A stretch of DNA of 64,000 bases from Patescibacteria group bacterium (GCA_041675205.1 JBAYUF010000002.1:68568-132567); one strand, 5' to 3'; counted from the stretch's first letter, positions 39,880 to 49,748 are shown. Notes: generated from the sequence alone by a model not told the origin. Numbers and translations are program-made.

Positions 39880-40855
39880 TGGCCTGGCGCACTTTTTTCA
39901 TAGTATGCAACGCAATTTTTTCAGCATTTTTTGAGCCATTGCGAAGTGTCGTAAGCATTGCTCTTGGCCGGCTACGCAGATGCAGGAACTTTTTTTGAAA
40001 GTCTTCGAGCCCGACGCAGATGTCGTTCGCTAGTGTTTCCTTTAGCTCACTGTAGCGAATAGTTCCGGATTGCTGTTTTGCCCGAAATTCAGCGGCCACT
40101 TTTGGCGTGCTGAAAGCATCAAGCAGAAGGAATAGGTTGGCTACCCCAGCCGCCACTTCGTTTTTGTCTCCCGTGCCACTGTCTGTGACTGCTCGGGCGA
40201 TTTTTTTCTTAATGATTGCTGGTTCGTCGTCCAGAAAAAGGCAACCGGTCGGTTCGGACTTACTCATTTTACGGTTCGGATCAGTTAGGCTCATTAGCCG
40301 TGGTACGCTTGTGTAAAGTGGCATCGGTACGGTGAACACTGCGCCGTAGCGAGTGTTGAATTTTTTGGCCACGGTGCGCGTCAGTTCGAGGTGCTGCGTC
40401 TGGTCGTCTCCAACCGGGACGAGGTTGCCATTGTAGAGAAGAATATCGGCGGCCATCAAGGTGGGATAGGTGAACAGGCCGACGTTGGCGTTGCCTGGTT
40501 GCCGGGCGCTTTTATCTTTATACTGCGTCATCCGTTCTAGCTCACCCATGGGCGTTACCGTGTTCAGAATCCAAGCTAACTCGGCGTGGGCGGGAACGAA
40601 CGACTGCAAGAACAAGGTGCACTTTTTCGGATTCAACCCAGCAGCCAGGTAACTTGCAATGATATCTATGATTTCGGCTGTTTTTTCTTTTGTATTGTAG
40701 CTTTCTGTCAAAGCGTGCAAGTCAGCCACCATAAAGAGGCAGTCGTGATCTGTTTGGAGCGTAACAAAGTTTTTGAGTGCGCCAAGATAGTTACCGACGT
40801 GTAGTCGGCCAGTGGGCTGAATACCAGATAAGACCCGTGAGCGAATGGTAGCCAT
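39860..40855 (-). CDS. trpS: tryptophanyl-tRNA synthetase
   Basis: GIQPTGRLHVGNYLGA (HIGH region) and KMSKS. Confidence 0.9.
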   Translation of the reverse strand: MATIRSRVLSGIQPTGRLHVGNYLGALKNFVTLQTDHDCLFMVADLHALTESYNTKEKTAEIIDIIASYLAAGLNPKKCTLFLQSFVPAHAELAWILNTVTPMGELERMTQYKDKSARQPGNANVGLFTYPTLMAADILLYNGNLVPVGDDQTQHLELTRTVAKKFNTRYGAVFTVPMPLYTSVPRLMSLTDPNRKMSKSEPTGCLFLDDEPAIIKKKIARAVTDSGTGDKNEVAAGVANLFLLLDAFSTPKVAAEFRAKQQSGTIRYSELKETLANDICVGLEDFQKKFLHLRSRPRAMLTTLRNGSKNAEKIALHTMKKVRQAIGLPSR

Positions 40856-40868
40856 AGATGGCAGCAGC

Positions 40869-42362
40869 TTACACCTTCTTGAATAACCCGAACAGTTGCC
40901 GTGAACGATTTAATTCAAGCTTAATGCGTTCTCTGGCCGTTCTTGTTTTAACGAATTGCAGCCAGTCTGGTGACGGGCGAGCTCGCTTTTTGTCGATGAC
41001 AATATCAACCATATCACCAGACTTAAGTGGCGTTGAAAGGGGCATCAGCTTGTTATTAATACGCGCCGCGACACAGTGGTTACCAATGTCTGAGTGAATG
41101 TGATAGGCAAAGTCTACGGGTGTGGCTTGATCGGGGAGTGCAATGACGTCTCCGCCGGGAGTGAAGACAAAAATATTTTCAGGGAAGACATCAATTTTTA
41201 AGTGCTCGAGATACTCGGTGGTGTCGCGAATTTCTTTCTGCAATTTTACGAGCTCTGTTACCCATGCGTACCGTGGGCTGTTCATTTTTATGCCTTCCTT
41301 AGGCTTACCTTGTTCGGTGTAGTACCAGTGTGCGGCTGGGCCGTAGTGTGATTCTTCATCCATGGCTTTGGTGCGAATTTGGAATTCAACGATTTCGCCA
41401 GGGCCAACGAACACGGTCGTGTGCAGCGATTGATAACCGTTTGGCTTCGGTTGGGCGATGTAGTCTTTAATACGGCCACGGAGCGGCTTCCAGAGTTGGT
41501 GAATGATGCCAAGGACGGCGTAACATTCGGTAACGTTTTCAACAATCACGCGTACGGCTACGAGGTCATAAATTTTTGAGATATCACGGTCGTGGCGCAG
41601 CAGTTTTTTATAAAGACTGTACAGAAACTTGGCACGCCCTTCGATGTCGAGCACCGTGATAGTTTGGTTTTCATCAAGTTTATCGCGCAGTAGTGCCATT
41701 ACTTTTGCCAAGTTCTTTTCTTTACTTGGCGAGGTTGTGGCCATGAGCTGCGATACCCAGGCGTACGATTCTTGGTCGGTGTATTTGAACGACAGGTCTT
41801 CTAGTTGACCTTTAATTTCCCACATGCCGAGGCGATGCGCGATGGGGGCGAATATTTCCATACTTTCGAGCGCAATGCGCTGGCGTTTTTCTGGCGCTAA
41901 GGCGTCGAGCGTTTCCAGGTTGTGCAATCGGTCCGCGAATTTAATGAGAACGACCCGAACGTCTTTTGAAATGGCTAAAAACATTTTTCGCAGGTTTTCC
42001 ACGTAACGCTCCATGCCTCGGTACTTGAGCGTGCCGAGTTTTGTGATGCCTTCCACCAGCGCCGCCACATCAACGCCAAAATTTTCTCGAATGTCTGGCA
42101 CGGTGTATGAGGTATCTTCAGGAACATCGTGCAACAATCCGGCGATAACCGTGTTCAAATCGACTCGCATGGTGGAGAGCTTGTTCGCAACTGCCAAGGC
42201 GTGCGTGATGTAGGGTTCGCCGTTGGTGCGCTTTTGGCCCTGATGTGCCTGGTCGGCAAATTCATAAGCCAGACGAACCATATCAAGATCAGCTCCGGGA
42301 AATTGTGCTGCGAGTCGTTTGAGAAGTTGCGTGAGTACTTGGGGCTCCTTTGGCTTCTCCAT
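40869..42362 (-). CDS. short RelA/SpoT-family (p)ppGpp synthetase/hydrolase (HD + synthetase + TGS; no ACT domain)
   Basis: HD motif (LLHDVPED), synthetase domain, C-terminal TGS. Start taken at MEKPKEP. Confidence 0.8.
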   Translation of the reverse strand: MEKPKEPQVLTQLLKRLAAQFPGADLDMVRLAYEFADQAHQGQKRTNGEPYITHALAVANKLSTMRVDLNTVIAGLLHDVPEDTSYTVPDIRENFGVDVAALVEGITKLGTLKYRGMERYVENLRKMFLAISKDVRVVLIKFADRLHNLETLDALAPEKRQRIALESMEIFAPIAHRLGMWEIKGQLEDLSFKYTDQESYAWVSQLMATTSPSKEKNLAKVMALLRDKLDENQTITVLDIEGRAKFLYSLYKKLLRHDRDISKIYDLVAVRVIVENVTECYAVLGIIHQLWKPLRGRIKDYIAQPKPNGYQSLHTTVFVGPGEIVEFQIRTKAMDEESHYGPAAHWYYTEQGKPKEGIKMNSPRYAWVTELVKLQKEIRDTTEYLEHLKIDVFPENIFVFTPGGDVIALPDQATPVDFAYHIHSDIGNHCVAARINNKLMPLSTPLKSGDMVDIVIDKKRARPSPDWLQFVKTRTARERIKLELNRSRQLFGLFKKV

Positions 42363-42373
42363 AAAGGTTATTT

Positions 42374-44590
42374 CTACGTTTCCGATTGCATGCCGATATA
42401 GCCGCAACCCTTCATAGAGCAGCGTACCGCGCCTTTGGCTGCGAAGACAAGCAGTGAGCCGCAGGTTGGGCATTTCTCGCCGGTTGGTTTAGACCATAGC
42501 GCAAATGAGCAGGCCGGGTAGGTGTTGCAGGCAAAAAAGTTTCGCCCACGCTTCGAGCGTTTTTCAACGAGGTCACCCTTACCGCAGCCAGGACATGGTA
42601 CCCCGGTGGATTTCACGATTGGTTTAATTTTTTTGCATTCTGGATAGCCGGTGCAACCAAGGAAGGTACCAAATCGCCCACGTTTAACGGCCATGGGCTT
42701 GCCACATAATTCACATGGTTCTGCCGCAAATGTTTCTGCTGCCACCGCTTCGTCGCTCCCCGCTAGCGGCTTTGTGGTGCGACATTCCGGGTATCCGGTG
42801 CAGGCCAGGAACCGACCAAAGCGACCGAACTTTACCACCATCGGTTTACCGCAGGTGGCGCAGACTTGGTCACTGGCTTCTTGGGTTATGCTCTCTTTAC
42901 TGATTTCAGCATCTTTTACTATAAGGTGCTCTTTGAATGGGGTGTAGAAAGCACGCAGCACGGGCACGAGCTGTTTTTCACCCTCAGCAATTTCATCGAG
43001 CTCGCGTTCCAGCGTGGCGGTGAACTCAAAGTCAATGATTTCTGGGAAGTGTTCAACTAAAAGGTCATTTACCAATTCAGCGAGTTCGGTGGGATACAGC
43101 CGTCGTTCTTTTTTTTCAACGTAACCGCGGTCTGTAATGGTGCTAATGGTTGGGGCGTAGGTTGATGGTCGGCCGATGCCATGTTCTTCAAGCGATTTAA
43201 TGAGCGTAGCGTCTGAGAAGCGAGCGGGGGGTTCGGTGAAGTGTTGCGTGCCGCCAACTTTTTGTAGCATTGCCGTTGCTCCAACAGTAACGTCCGGCAA
43301 GTCGACGTCGTTTGCATCGTTATAGTAGACCTTGCGCCAACCATCAAAAGAAAGAACTGAGCCACTCGCACGGAGTGTATAGTCGGGAGCTTGCACGGTC
43401 GCCACGTCAATTGTGGTAGTGCGAACAATTGCCTCCGGCATTTGCGAAGCTATGGCCCGTCGCCAGATGAGTTCGTAGAGCTTCTTTTGTTTCGGGTCGA
43501 GGTACTCTGCCACTGACTCTGGAGTGCGAAGCGCGCTTGATGGGCGAATGGCTTCGTGTGCCTCTTGGGCGTTTTTGGAACGTGATTTAAATCGACGCGG
43601 CTCTGTTGCGTACTCTTTGCCGTAGGTTTCCAGAAGGTACGTCTGTGCTTCAGTTAAAAATTTCTCTGACAGGTTCATTGAATCGGTTCTCATATACGTA
43701 ATGAGACCGACGGCACCTTCGTCACCAATGGTTACCCCCTCGTACAGTTGCTGCGCCACCATCATGGTTTGCTTCGGACTCATATTGAGGCGACGGCTAG
43801 CCTCTTGCTGCAGAATAGATGTGGTGAAAGGCGGGGGTGGTGTTTTCTTCGCTTCGCGGCCGTTTACGTCCGCAATTTTGTAGCTGGCTTTTTCAAGATC
43901 AGCGACAATTGCATCGGCCGCCGATATTCCGGGTAGGGCAAATTTATCGAGCCGCTCACCATTACGGGTGAACAGTGCGGCAGTTATAGTGCCAGTGGGT
44001 ACGGTAAAGTCAGCTTCAATCGTCCAGTACTCTTCAGCATTGAAGGCTCGTATTTCTCGTTCTCGTTCCACAACCATTCGTACGGCGACCGATTGTACAC
44101 GACCGGCTGAGAGACCTCGATAAATTTTTCGCCATAGAAATGGAGAGAGTTCGTAGCCAACTAATCTGTCGAGCATTCGTCGCGCCTGTTGGGAGTCGAC
44201 CATTCGCTCGTCAATGGTGCGTGGGTGCTCAAGCGCTTCAGCAATCGCTTCGTCAGTAATTTCATGAAAAGCGATACGTTGTGAGTTTTCGTTGGTGAGG
44301 CCAAGTGCTTCTTTGAGGTGCCAGGCAATAGCTTCCCCTTCACGGTCTTCATCAGTTGCCAGAATGACCATGTCAGCCTTTTTGGCCTTGAGCTTTAAAG
44401 CAGTCAGATTTTTCTTCGCTTTCAAAGGCACGACGTACTGCGGTGCGAAATCGTTCTCTATATCGATACCCATTTTCGACTTCGGCAAGTCGCGGATGTG
44501 GCCATAGGAAGACATGACAGAAAATTTCTTGCCAAGGAACTTCTGAATGGTTTTGGCTTTTGTTGGCGATTCAACGATGACGAGTTTCAT
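42374..44590 (-). CDS. topA: DNA topoisomerase I
   Basis: TOPRIM plus active-site Tyr region, with multiple C-terminal C4 zinc ribbons. Confidence 0.9.
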   Translation of the reverse strand: MKLVIVESPTKAKTIQKFLGKKFSVMSSYGHIRDLPKSKMGIDIENDFAPQYVVPLKAKKNLTALKLKAKKADMVILATDEDREGEAIAWHLKEALGLTNENSQRIAFHEITDEAIAEALEHPRTIDERMVDSQQARRMLDRLVGYELSPFLWRKIYRGLSAGRVQSVAVRMVVEREREIRAFNAEEYWTIEADFTVPTGTITAALFTRNGERLDKFALPGISAADAIVADLEKASYKIADVNGREAKKTPPPPFTTSILQQEASRRLNMSPKQTMMVAQQLYEGVTIGDEGAVGLITYMRTDSMNLSEKFLTEAQTYLLETYGKEYATEPRRFKSRSKNAQEAHEAIRPSSALRTPESVAEYLDPKQKKLYELIWRRAIASQMPEAIVRTTTIDVATVQAPDYTLRASGSVLSFDGWRKVYYNDANDVDLPDVTVGATAMLQKVGGTQHFTEPPARFSDATLIKSLEEHGIGRPSTYAPTISTITDRGYVEKKERRLYPTELAELVNDLLVEHFPEIIDFEFTATLERELDEIAEGEKQLVPVLRAFYTPFKEHLIVKDAEISKESITQEASDQVCATCGKPMVVKFGRFGRFLACTGYPECRTTKPLAGSDEAVAAETFAAEPCELCGKPMAVKRGRFGTFLGCTGYPECKKIKPIVKSTGVPCPGCGKGDLVEKRSKRGRNFFACNTYPACSFALWSKPTGEKCPTCGSLLVFAAKGAVRCSMKGCGYIGMQSET

Positions 44591-44731
44591 AATAGGCAGA
44601 AGCGTACTCGAGGGTTCTGTAGGGTGTCAACCTTAGTGGTCATTTCGATAACATCAGAATGTTTAAAAAGCCAGTAGGCCCGTTACCTTAATTAACATTC
44701 AAAATTTTTTGAATGTATTGAATATTGGGTA

Positions 44732-44761
44732 TCCCGCCATTTTAGGCGGGACATCTTTTTT
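44732..44761 (+). terminator. plus-strand terminator-like hairpin with T6, in the intergenic region between two minus-strand genes
   Basis: TCCCGCC-ATTTTA-GGCGGGA then CATCTTTTTT. Flanked by palindromes CATTCAAAATTTTTTGAATG and CATTCCTG-TTTAG-CAGGAATG. Confidence 0.45.
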
Positions 44762-44883
44762 CATTCCTGTTTAGCAGGAATGCATAGATTATTAGTAGTG
44801 CCGCTAGCAAGCGGCGCAGCAGCGGGGCAACACTTCGACTCGCTCCGCTCGCTCAGTGTAAATAGTTTAATTTGTTTGGATTC

Positions 44884-45981
44884 TTACAATTTTATATATC
44901 GTTTCCCGCCCACATCTCGCACGAGGCCAGAAAGCTCAAGCGAGAGGAGTTCAGTGGCGAGTATTGTTGTTGATAATGAACATCGTGCCGCTAGGTCATC
45001 GAAGTATATTGGTTCGTGGGAAAGTGCCGCCATTATGTTTGTCGCGGTTGCGCTCAGTTGTTGATTGAGTTTTTTTGTTGGCGCTACTCTCGGTTCTAAC
45101 CCTAATGCAACGAAAACGTCTTGCGCGCCAGTAATCACGTGCGCTCCGTCGTGTAGTAGCGCGTTGCAGCCGGCGGCGTTTTCTTCGGTGATGCGCCCAG
45201 GGATGGCTAAAATTTCACGGTTATAGTCGAGAGCCAAACGAGCGGTGATGAGGGCACCGCTTTTCAGTGGTGCTTCGATGACCAATGTTCCAAGGCTTAG
45301 ACCGGCTATGATGCGATTGCGTTCCGGGAAATGATGTTGACTCGGCCCAACGCCGGGTGGGTACTCGCTCATAAGGAGGCCACCGGATTCGACAATTTTC
45401 GTTGCCAGTTGACGATGTTCTGGTGGGTAGATATCTGATTCTGCAATGGAACTACCGAGCACAGCAATAGTTCGGCCGCCAACTTCAAGTGTCGCCTCAT
45501 GCACGATTGCGTCTATGCCACGCGCCAGACCGCTCACCGTTGTTAGCTCATTTTTTGCCAGCGCTTGCGTTAGATGAAGCGCGGCTACCTTTCCGTACTC
45601 AGTCATTTTACGTGTTCCGACTATTGCGATTGTCGGTTCGACAGGTTTGTTCAGGGGGAGTACACCACGGTAAAAAAATAGGTGTGGTGCGTCGGGTATT
45701 TCTTTTAGGAGTGCGGGGTAGGTACTATCTGTCTTGATGACAAATTCTATGTTTTCGCGACGCAGTTTCTCTTGTGTTGTTGTAGAATCGTTGGTTGTAC
45801 GATAGGTAAAAAATTTCTCAATTGTTTCATGCTCAAAGTTCAGGCCGCGCAATGTTTCACGCGATGCACGCCAAGCTGCTTCACCGCTCGGCAGATACCT
45901 GGCCAGCTTTCTTATTTGTATAGGCGCCAAAACGAAGCTGAGTGCCAGCCAAAAATCTCTATCTTGCGTTTCAGTGGCCAT
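44884..45981 (-). CDS. dprA: DNA-processing protein DprA
   Basis: Rossmann-like DprA core (GLARGIDAIVHEA...IAVLGSS). Confidence 0.85.
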   Translation of the reverse strand: MATETQDRDFWLALSFVLAPIQIRKLARYLPSGEAAWRASRETLRGLNFEHETIEKFFTYRTTNDSTTTQEKLRRENIEFVIKTDSTYPALLKEIPDAPHLFFYRGVLPLNKPVEPTIAIVGTRKMTEYGKVAALHLTQALAKNELTTVSGLARGIDAIVHEATLEVGGRTIAVLGSSIAESDIYPPEHRQLATKIVESGGLLMSEYPPGVGPSQHHFPERNRIIAGLSLGTLVIEAPLKSGALITARLALDYNREILAIPGRITEENAAGCNALLHDGAHVITGAQDVFVALGLEPRVAPTKKLNQQLSATATNIMAALSHEPIYFDDLAARCSLSTTILATELLSLELSGLVRDVGGKRYIKL

Positions 45982-46000
45982 TTCTTAATACTATAAGGGT

Positions 46001-46234
46001 ATGTCTTGCATTAAGTGCGGAACACATCTTCATCCAGACGAACATGGTGATTGCCGTGAGTGCGGTGCTGCGTACGACGAGGTAAATAAAGAGGTTCGGA
46101 TTTCAGGACAGCGGCAAGGAGAGACGGAAGGCAGCGGAGGTGCGCAAGAGGAAGCATTGCGAGAAGAGGATAGTAGTGAGAAACAGCTTAATTTTTTTGG
46201 TAGAGAAAATAGACGAAGTCGACGAGCGGCGTAG
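46001..46234 (+). CDS. small zinc-ribbon protein
   Basis: CIKCGTHL...CRECG, followed by a charged tail. Confidence 0.35.
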   Translation: MSCIKCGTHLHPDEHGDCRECGAAYDEVNKEVRISGQRQGETEGSGGAQEEALREEDSSEKQLNFFGRENRRSRRAA

Positions 46235-46257
46235 CCTTTATGTAAAAATTTTAGCAC

Positions 46258-46288
46258 GGCTGCTTCCTTGACAGGAAGCCTTTTTCTT
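46258..46288 (+). terminator. rho-independent terminator
   Basis: GGCTGCTTCC-TTGACA-GGAAGCC then TTTTTCTT. Confidence 0.7.
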
Positions 46289-46299
46289 GTTAAGGTGCC

Positions 46300-46516
46300 G
46301 CGTCGAGTACGGGTAGTAATGCGCTACTGCACTCGAAATGAAATAACATTTCCGGGGTTCTTATCTGGGAGCGACGAACGAACCACTACCCCTCCTAAGT
46401 GGGACAAGTAGTCAGCGAGTAGTGTGGTTAAGGTAACTACCAAACACCCCACTCGCTCCCAGGTAAGAGGTTCGGAAAATAAACAGCACCGACGTACGTC
46501 GGTGCTGTTTTGTTGT
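46300..46516 (+). ncRNA. candidate small structured RNA with its own terminator
   Basis: Nested long-range pairings CTGGGAGCGA...CACTCGCTCCCAG and AACCACTAC...GTAGTGTGGTT. Ends in the perfect hairpin CAGCACCGACG-TA-CGTCGGTGCTG plus TTTTGTTGTTT. No ORF longer than 60 aa. Confidence 0.35.
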
Positions 46517-46978
46517 TTGAGTTATTTTTTCTTGCACTTAAGGCTCGCTTTTTAGATAAGATTTTTATTACTCTTTTGCTTGCTTAAAAGAATAGAGACC
46601 AGTCCGCCGTAGGCCGATCCGCCTTTGGCGGAAAAATGGCACCCTCGCTTCGGCAGCTACGCGGTTTCTCGCAAAAGTTGCAGCACAGCCATAAACTTCC
46701 CTTCGCACACGCTCAGGGTCGAACAGTATGGCTGTTTCTCGCTGCAACTTTTCCTTAACCGCTGGGCTGCCTTTGCTATGGGGTTCGTGGGAGTCATATA
46801 AAAACTTTTTGAAAAGGGAGCGCCGCGGGTACGCTCCAGGTCGGTTGACCGGAAAACGTACCCGCGGCGGGTGCCATGTCAGGGTTGGATTCCCTGTTGA
46901 CACGAGTCAGCGATGCTGACGTTGTTGAAGAAATTCAGATGTGCGAAGCGACTGGAAGCCGCCCCGCTTGGTTCGGGT

Positions 46979-47446
46979 TCAGGCCTTCTTGTGGCTGTGG
47001 CCGCCTTTGTCGAGGATGCTGGCGGCTTCGTAGTTGTGCGAGTTGTTGTCGGTGCCGACCTTGGTGTCGATTCCGATGGATCCCTCCTTGTTGCGCACGA
47101 GCGCCGGGGAAATCGTCTTCTCGGTCTTCAGGATCGCGTTGGCGGTGCCGGTGCCGACCTTGGTGCTGGTCGAAAGCGCGGTGCCCTCCATGGCGTCAGC
47201 GATGTCGGCACGATGAGCCGTCAGCGCAATCGCAGGATCGTCGGCGGCGATGGCCGAGGTGAGGGCCGGCATCGTGGTCGTCTTGCCGGTGCCGTTCGGA
47301 ATGATGGCCGTGCCGGTGTTCCCGACGTCGACGGGAGCGGCGGCGATGGCCTGCAGAGCGGGGTTGCCAGCCGTAGCAGCCGGCGGCGACGAATACACCA
47401 GGAGTGCGGCGAGGAGGGCGAACCCTCCGTAACGGATCAACTTCAT
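46979..47446 (-). CDS. secreted Ala/Thr/Gly-rich low-complexity protein, high GC
   Basis: AAGGAG ribosome-binding site. Signal peptide MKLIRYGGFALLAALLVYSSPPAATA. Confidence 0.45.
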   Translation of the reverse strand: MKLIRYGGFALLAALLVYSSPPAATAGNPALQAIAAAPVDVGNTGTAIIPNGTGKTTTMPALTSAIAADDPAIALTAHRADIADAMEGTALSTSTKVGTGTANAILKTEKTISPALVRNKEGSIGIDTKVGTDNNSHNYEAASILDKGGHSHKKA

Positions 47447-47721
47447 GATGGAACTCCTTCTATTGTCTTCCGATTGTCATTGAACGTTTCGCCTTCAAGC
47501 TAGTTTCTCGAGGGAATCCCGAGCCTATATCTAGTATCTTGAGTGGCATCCCAAGTCTAGCTTCTTTTCTTGAAGACTTCCCGAATGGGCAACGATATAA
47601 TATAATTTTTTCCTTTTTTGTCAACAAATTTTCCGCAGTTTTAAATATCTAGGATTGACCTTTTGCCCTTCTTTTGCTTTACTATGCGGTCGCTTCAACC
47701 GTAGAATTTGTTTGCGACTAC

Positions 47722-47754
47722 TGACGAAACGTCGGTACATCAACCAAGGAGGGC
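47722..47754 (+). promoter_or_regulatory. conserved 5' element, copy 1 (hairpin GACG-AAA-CGTC + GGTACATCAACCAAGGAGG)
   Basis: Shares about 28 nt, with identical spacing to the start codon, with copy 2 at 47911-47940. Confidence 0.5.
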
Positions 47755-47758
47755 TATC

Positions 47759-47887
47759 GTGAACCGTCGCCGTGCACTCATACTCGTTCTTTTCGTCGCC
47801 GGGGTCGTGGCTCTTTTCGACAGCTACTCTGGCGCGTTCAAGGTTAACGCGGCAGGAAACTGCCGCGGGTATTCACTCAGCCGTTAG
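47759..47887 (+). CDS. candidate 42-aa secreted/membrane peptide (GTG start)
   Basis: AAGGAGG ribosome-binding site. VNRRRALILVLFVAGVVALF... Below the 60-aa cutoff of the ORF track. Confidence 0.3.
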   Translation: MNRRRALILVLFVAGVVALFDSYSGAFKVNAAGNCRGYSLSR

Positions 47888-47910
47888 GAGGTTTTTCGTT
47901 TCAACCCAAC

Positions 47911-47940
47911 CGACGGAACGTCGGTAGACAACTTAGGAGG
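47911..47940 (+). promoter_or_regulatory. conserved 5' element, copy 2 (hairpin CGACG-GAA-CGTCG + GTAGACAACTTAGGAGG)
   Basis: See copy 1. Confidence 0.5.
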
Positions 47941-47947
47941 AAGTCCA

Positions 47948-48397
47948 ATGAACGTTCGTTCCATTTTTGCCCTGGCTCTTACGGCGGTTGGTGTGATCGC
48001 CATCCTCCACAGTGACGCCGGAAAGTGGGCAGCGCCCGCGAAGCCGGTCGTTGCTGAAGCGGACTGCCCGGGCAGCACCCATGCTGTTCGGCACCACCAC
48101 CGCGAGGCCGAGGAGTACATCCTCGGCGGCGACGTTGTTCGGGCCATTCACGAGATCCAGCTGGCTTCGTTGTTCTCGTGTGACGTCAGCCCTGGCATCA
48201 GACACCTTCAGGTGCTGGCCTGGAACAGCCTCGCTCAGGCTCATTTCCAGCAGGGAGCTTGGCCGGACAATGGTCATGCACAGCAGGCGCTCGAGGAGAT
48301 TCGGCATGCGCAGCGACTTCTTACGATGGTGGCCGACCACGAATCTTCGTGGCCCCATTCGATGATCATCGACCACGAATCTTCGTTGCCACATTAG
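47948..48397 (+). CDS. secreted His-rich protein, high GC
   Basis: Signal peptide MNVRSIFALALTAVGVIAILHS. HAVRHHH and a repeated DHESS(W/L)PH C-terminus. Confidence 0.45.
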   Translation: MNVRSIFALALTAVGVIAILHSDAGKWAAPAKPVVAEADCPGSTHAVRHHHREAEEYILGGDVVRAIHEIQLASLFSCDVSPGIRHLQVLAWNSLAQAHFQQGAWPDNGHAQQALEEIRHAQRLLTMVADHESSWPHSMIIDHESSLPH

Positions 48398-48567
48398 CCC
48401 GTGCCCACCGGCCGCTCTCAATCTCGAGGGCGGCCGATACTTCTTTATATAAACTATTGACTTTGTGGCAGTTTTCAGCTAAATTATCGTGTTCGATTCC
48501 GGCTCGCACTCTAACAATAACTGCAGACAACCGCTCTGACATACGTTCAGGGCAAAGGAGACGCTAG

Positions 48568-49680
48568 ATGCGTCAGTTCTTCGTTCGTTTCCTTGGCGCC
48601 ATCTTGGCGTCCATCACCATGACCCTCGCTCCTGCGCCGGCTTCGGCTGGAGCGGGGAGTCAGATCGCATTGCTGTCCGAGTTTTGCCTCTACCCCGATT
48701 GCGGGGCGAGGCTTGCCTACACCTCTCATGAGTGGGGGTGGGCCAATCCGGCCACCCTCACCGAAACATTCGATCTCGGCCTCGACGACTGGGCGTCGGT
48801 CGGTGGTGCCTACTTCTACGGAAGCACCATCTACTCCGGTACGATCACCGCTGGCTTCAAGCCGGTGGTCGTGCAGCTCAACTACGTCAACGCCGCTGTT
48901 GACGGTGAGCTGCCCTCGAGCGACCTCGACCTTGCGTTCGAAACGTCACGCTGGCGGCTGTCGTTGGCGTGGGACCTGGCGTCCGTCGGCATCGATGGCT
49001 TGTCCATCGGCGTCATCGGCGTCCTGCCTGGAAGCGAGAATAAGGTTGGGATTTCAACCGAGATTCCTGACTTCGGCGACCTCGACCTCGTGAAGGCTCA
49101 CGAGGAACCCGGTTGGGACTTTACTCTCGGGATGCTCTACGAGATGGGCGAGCGCGATTGGCTGCGTTTTGGTGCGACGTTGAACGTCGCATCTTACGAC
49201 AGCAGCGTTGACGCGCTCGACCTCGACAGCGGTGAGGTCTACCGGACCAACTCCACGTCGAACCTCTGGTTCGGCCGGCTGGGTGCGACGGTACATCCGT
49301 TCGTGCCCATGGGCCTTGCCAGTGGTGAGTCCTCGTGGGACGAGTGGCTGCGCAAGGTGGAGATTTCAGCCGACCTTCGTGTCGTGAATATTTCCATCTC
49401 GGGCGAAGATACCATTCGCCCGATCGACGCCTTCTTCGGCGTCGATGTTCCCTTGCTCCCGAGGCATTGGAACCCGCTGGCGAAGTATGTTGAACTCGTC
49501 GGTGTCAGTGGCGTCGGGACCGATGGTAGCTGGGGCGCAGGCCTCGGCATCTACGGTCAAGGGCCGCTTCGGTGGCTGACCTGCGACACTATGTACTCTT
49601 CCCAGCCCGGGGGTGACCTCGGGAAGGATTTCACGCTGAGCGGCATCGGCTGCACAGCATCAATGCCGCTGCCTTTCTAG
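48568..49680 (+). CDS. secreted OMP-like beta-barrel candidate ending in Phe
   Basis: Signal peptide ...LAPAPASA. Alternating Gly/aromatic pattern. C-terminus ...ASMPLPF. Own TTGACT-17-TAAATT promoter. Confidence 0.4.
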   Translation: MRQFFVRFLGAILASITMTLAPAPASAGAGSQIALLSEFCLYPDCGARLAYTSHEWGWANPATLTETFDLGLDDWASVGGAYFYGSTIYSGTITAGFKPVVVQLNYVNAAVDGELPSSDLDLAFETSRWRLSLAWDLASVGIDGLSIGVIGVLPGSENKVGISTEIPDFGDLDLVKAHEEPGWDFTLGMLYEMGERDWLRFGATLNVASYDSSVDALDLDSGEVYRTNSTSNLWFGRLGATVHPFVPMGLASGESSWDEWLRKVEISADLRVVNISISGEDTIRPIDAFFGVDVPLLPRHWNPLAKYVELVGVSGVGTDGSWGAGLGIYGQGPLRWLTCDTMYSSQPGGDLGKDFTLSGIGCTASMPLPF

Positions 49681-49716
49681 GAGGACTGGCAGCGCCCATT
49701 TCGTTTGGAGGGAAAG

Positions 49717-49748
49717 GGGCTTCGTGAACACACGAAGCTCTTTTTCTA
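49717..49748 (+). terminator. rho-independent terminator after the OMP-like gene
   Basis: GGGGCTTCGTG-AACA-CACGAAGCTC then TTTTTCTATT. Confidence 0.75.

Noticed and set aside
46568-46903. 111-aa minus-strand ORF as a protein gene
   Set aside because: Extremely Arg-rich and low-complexity with no ribosome-binding site. The region is dominated by stable stems, so it is more consistent with RNA or non-coding DNA.
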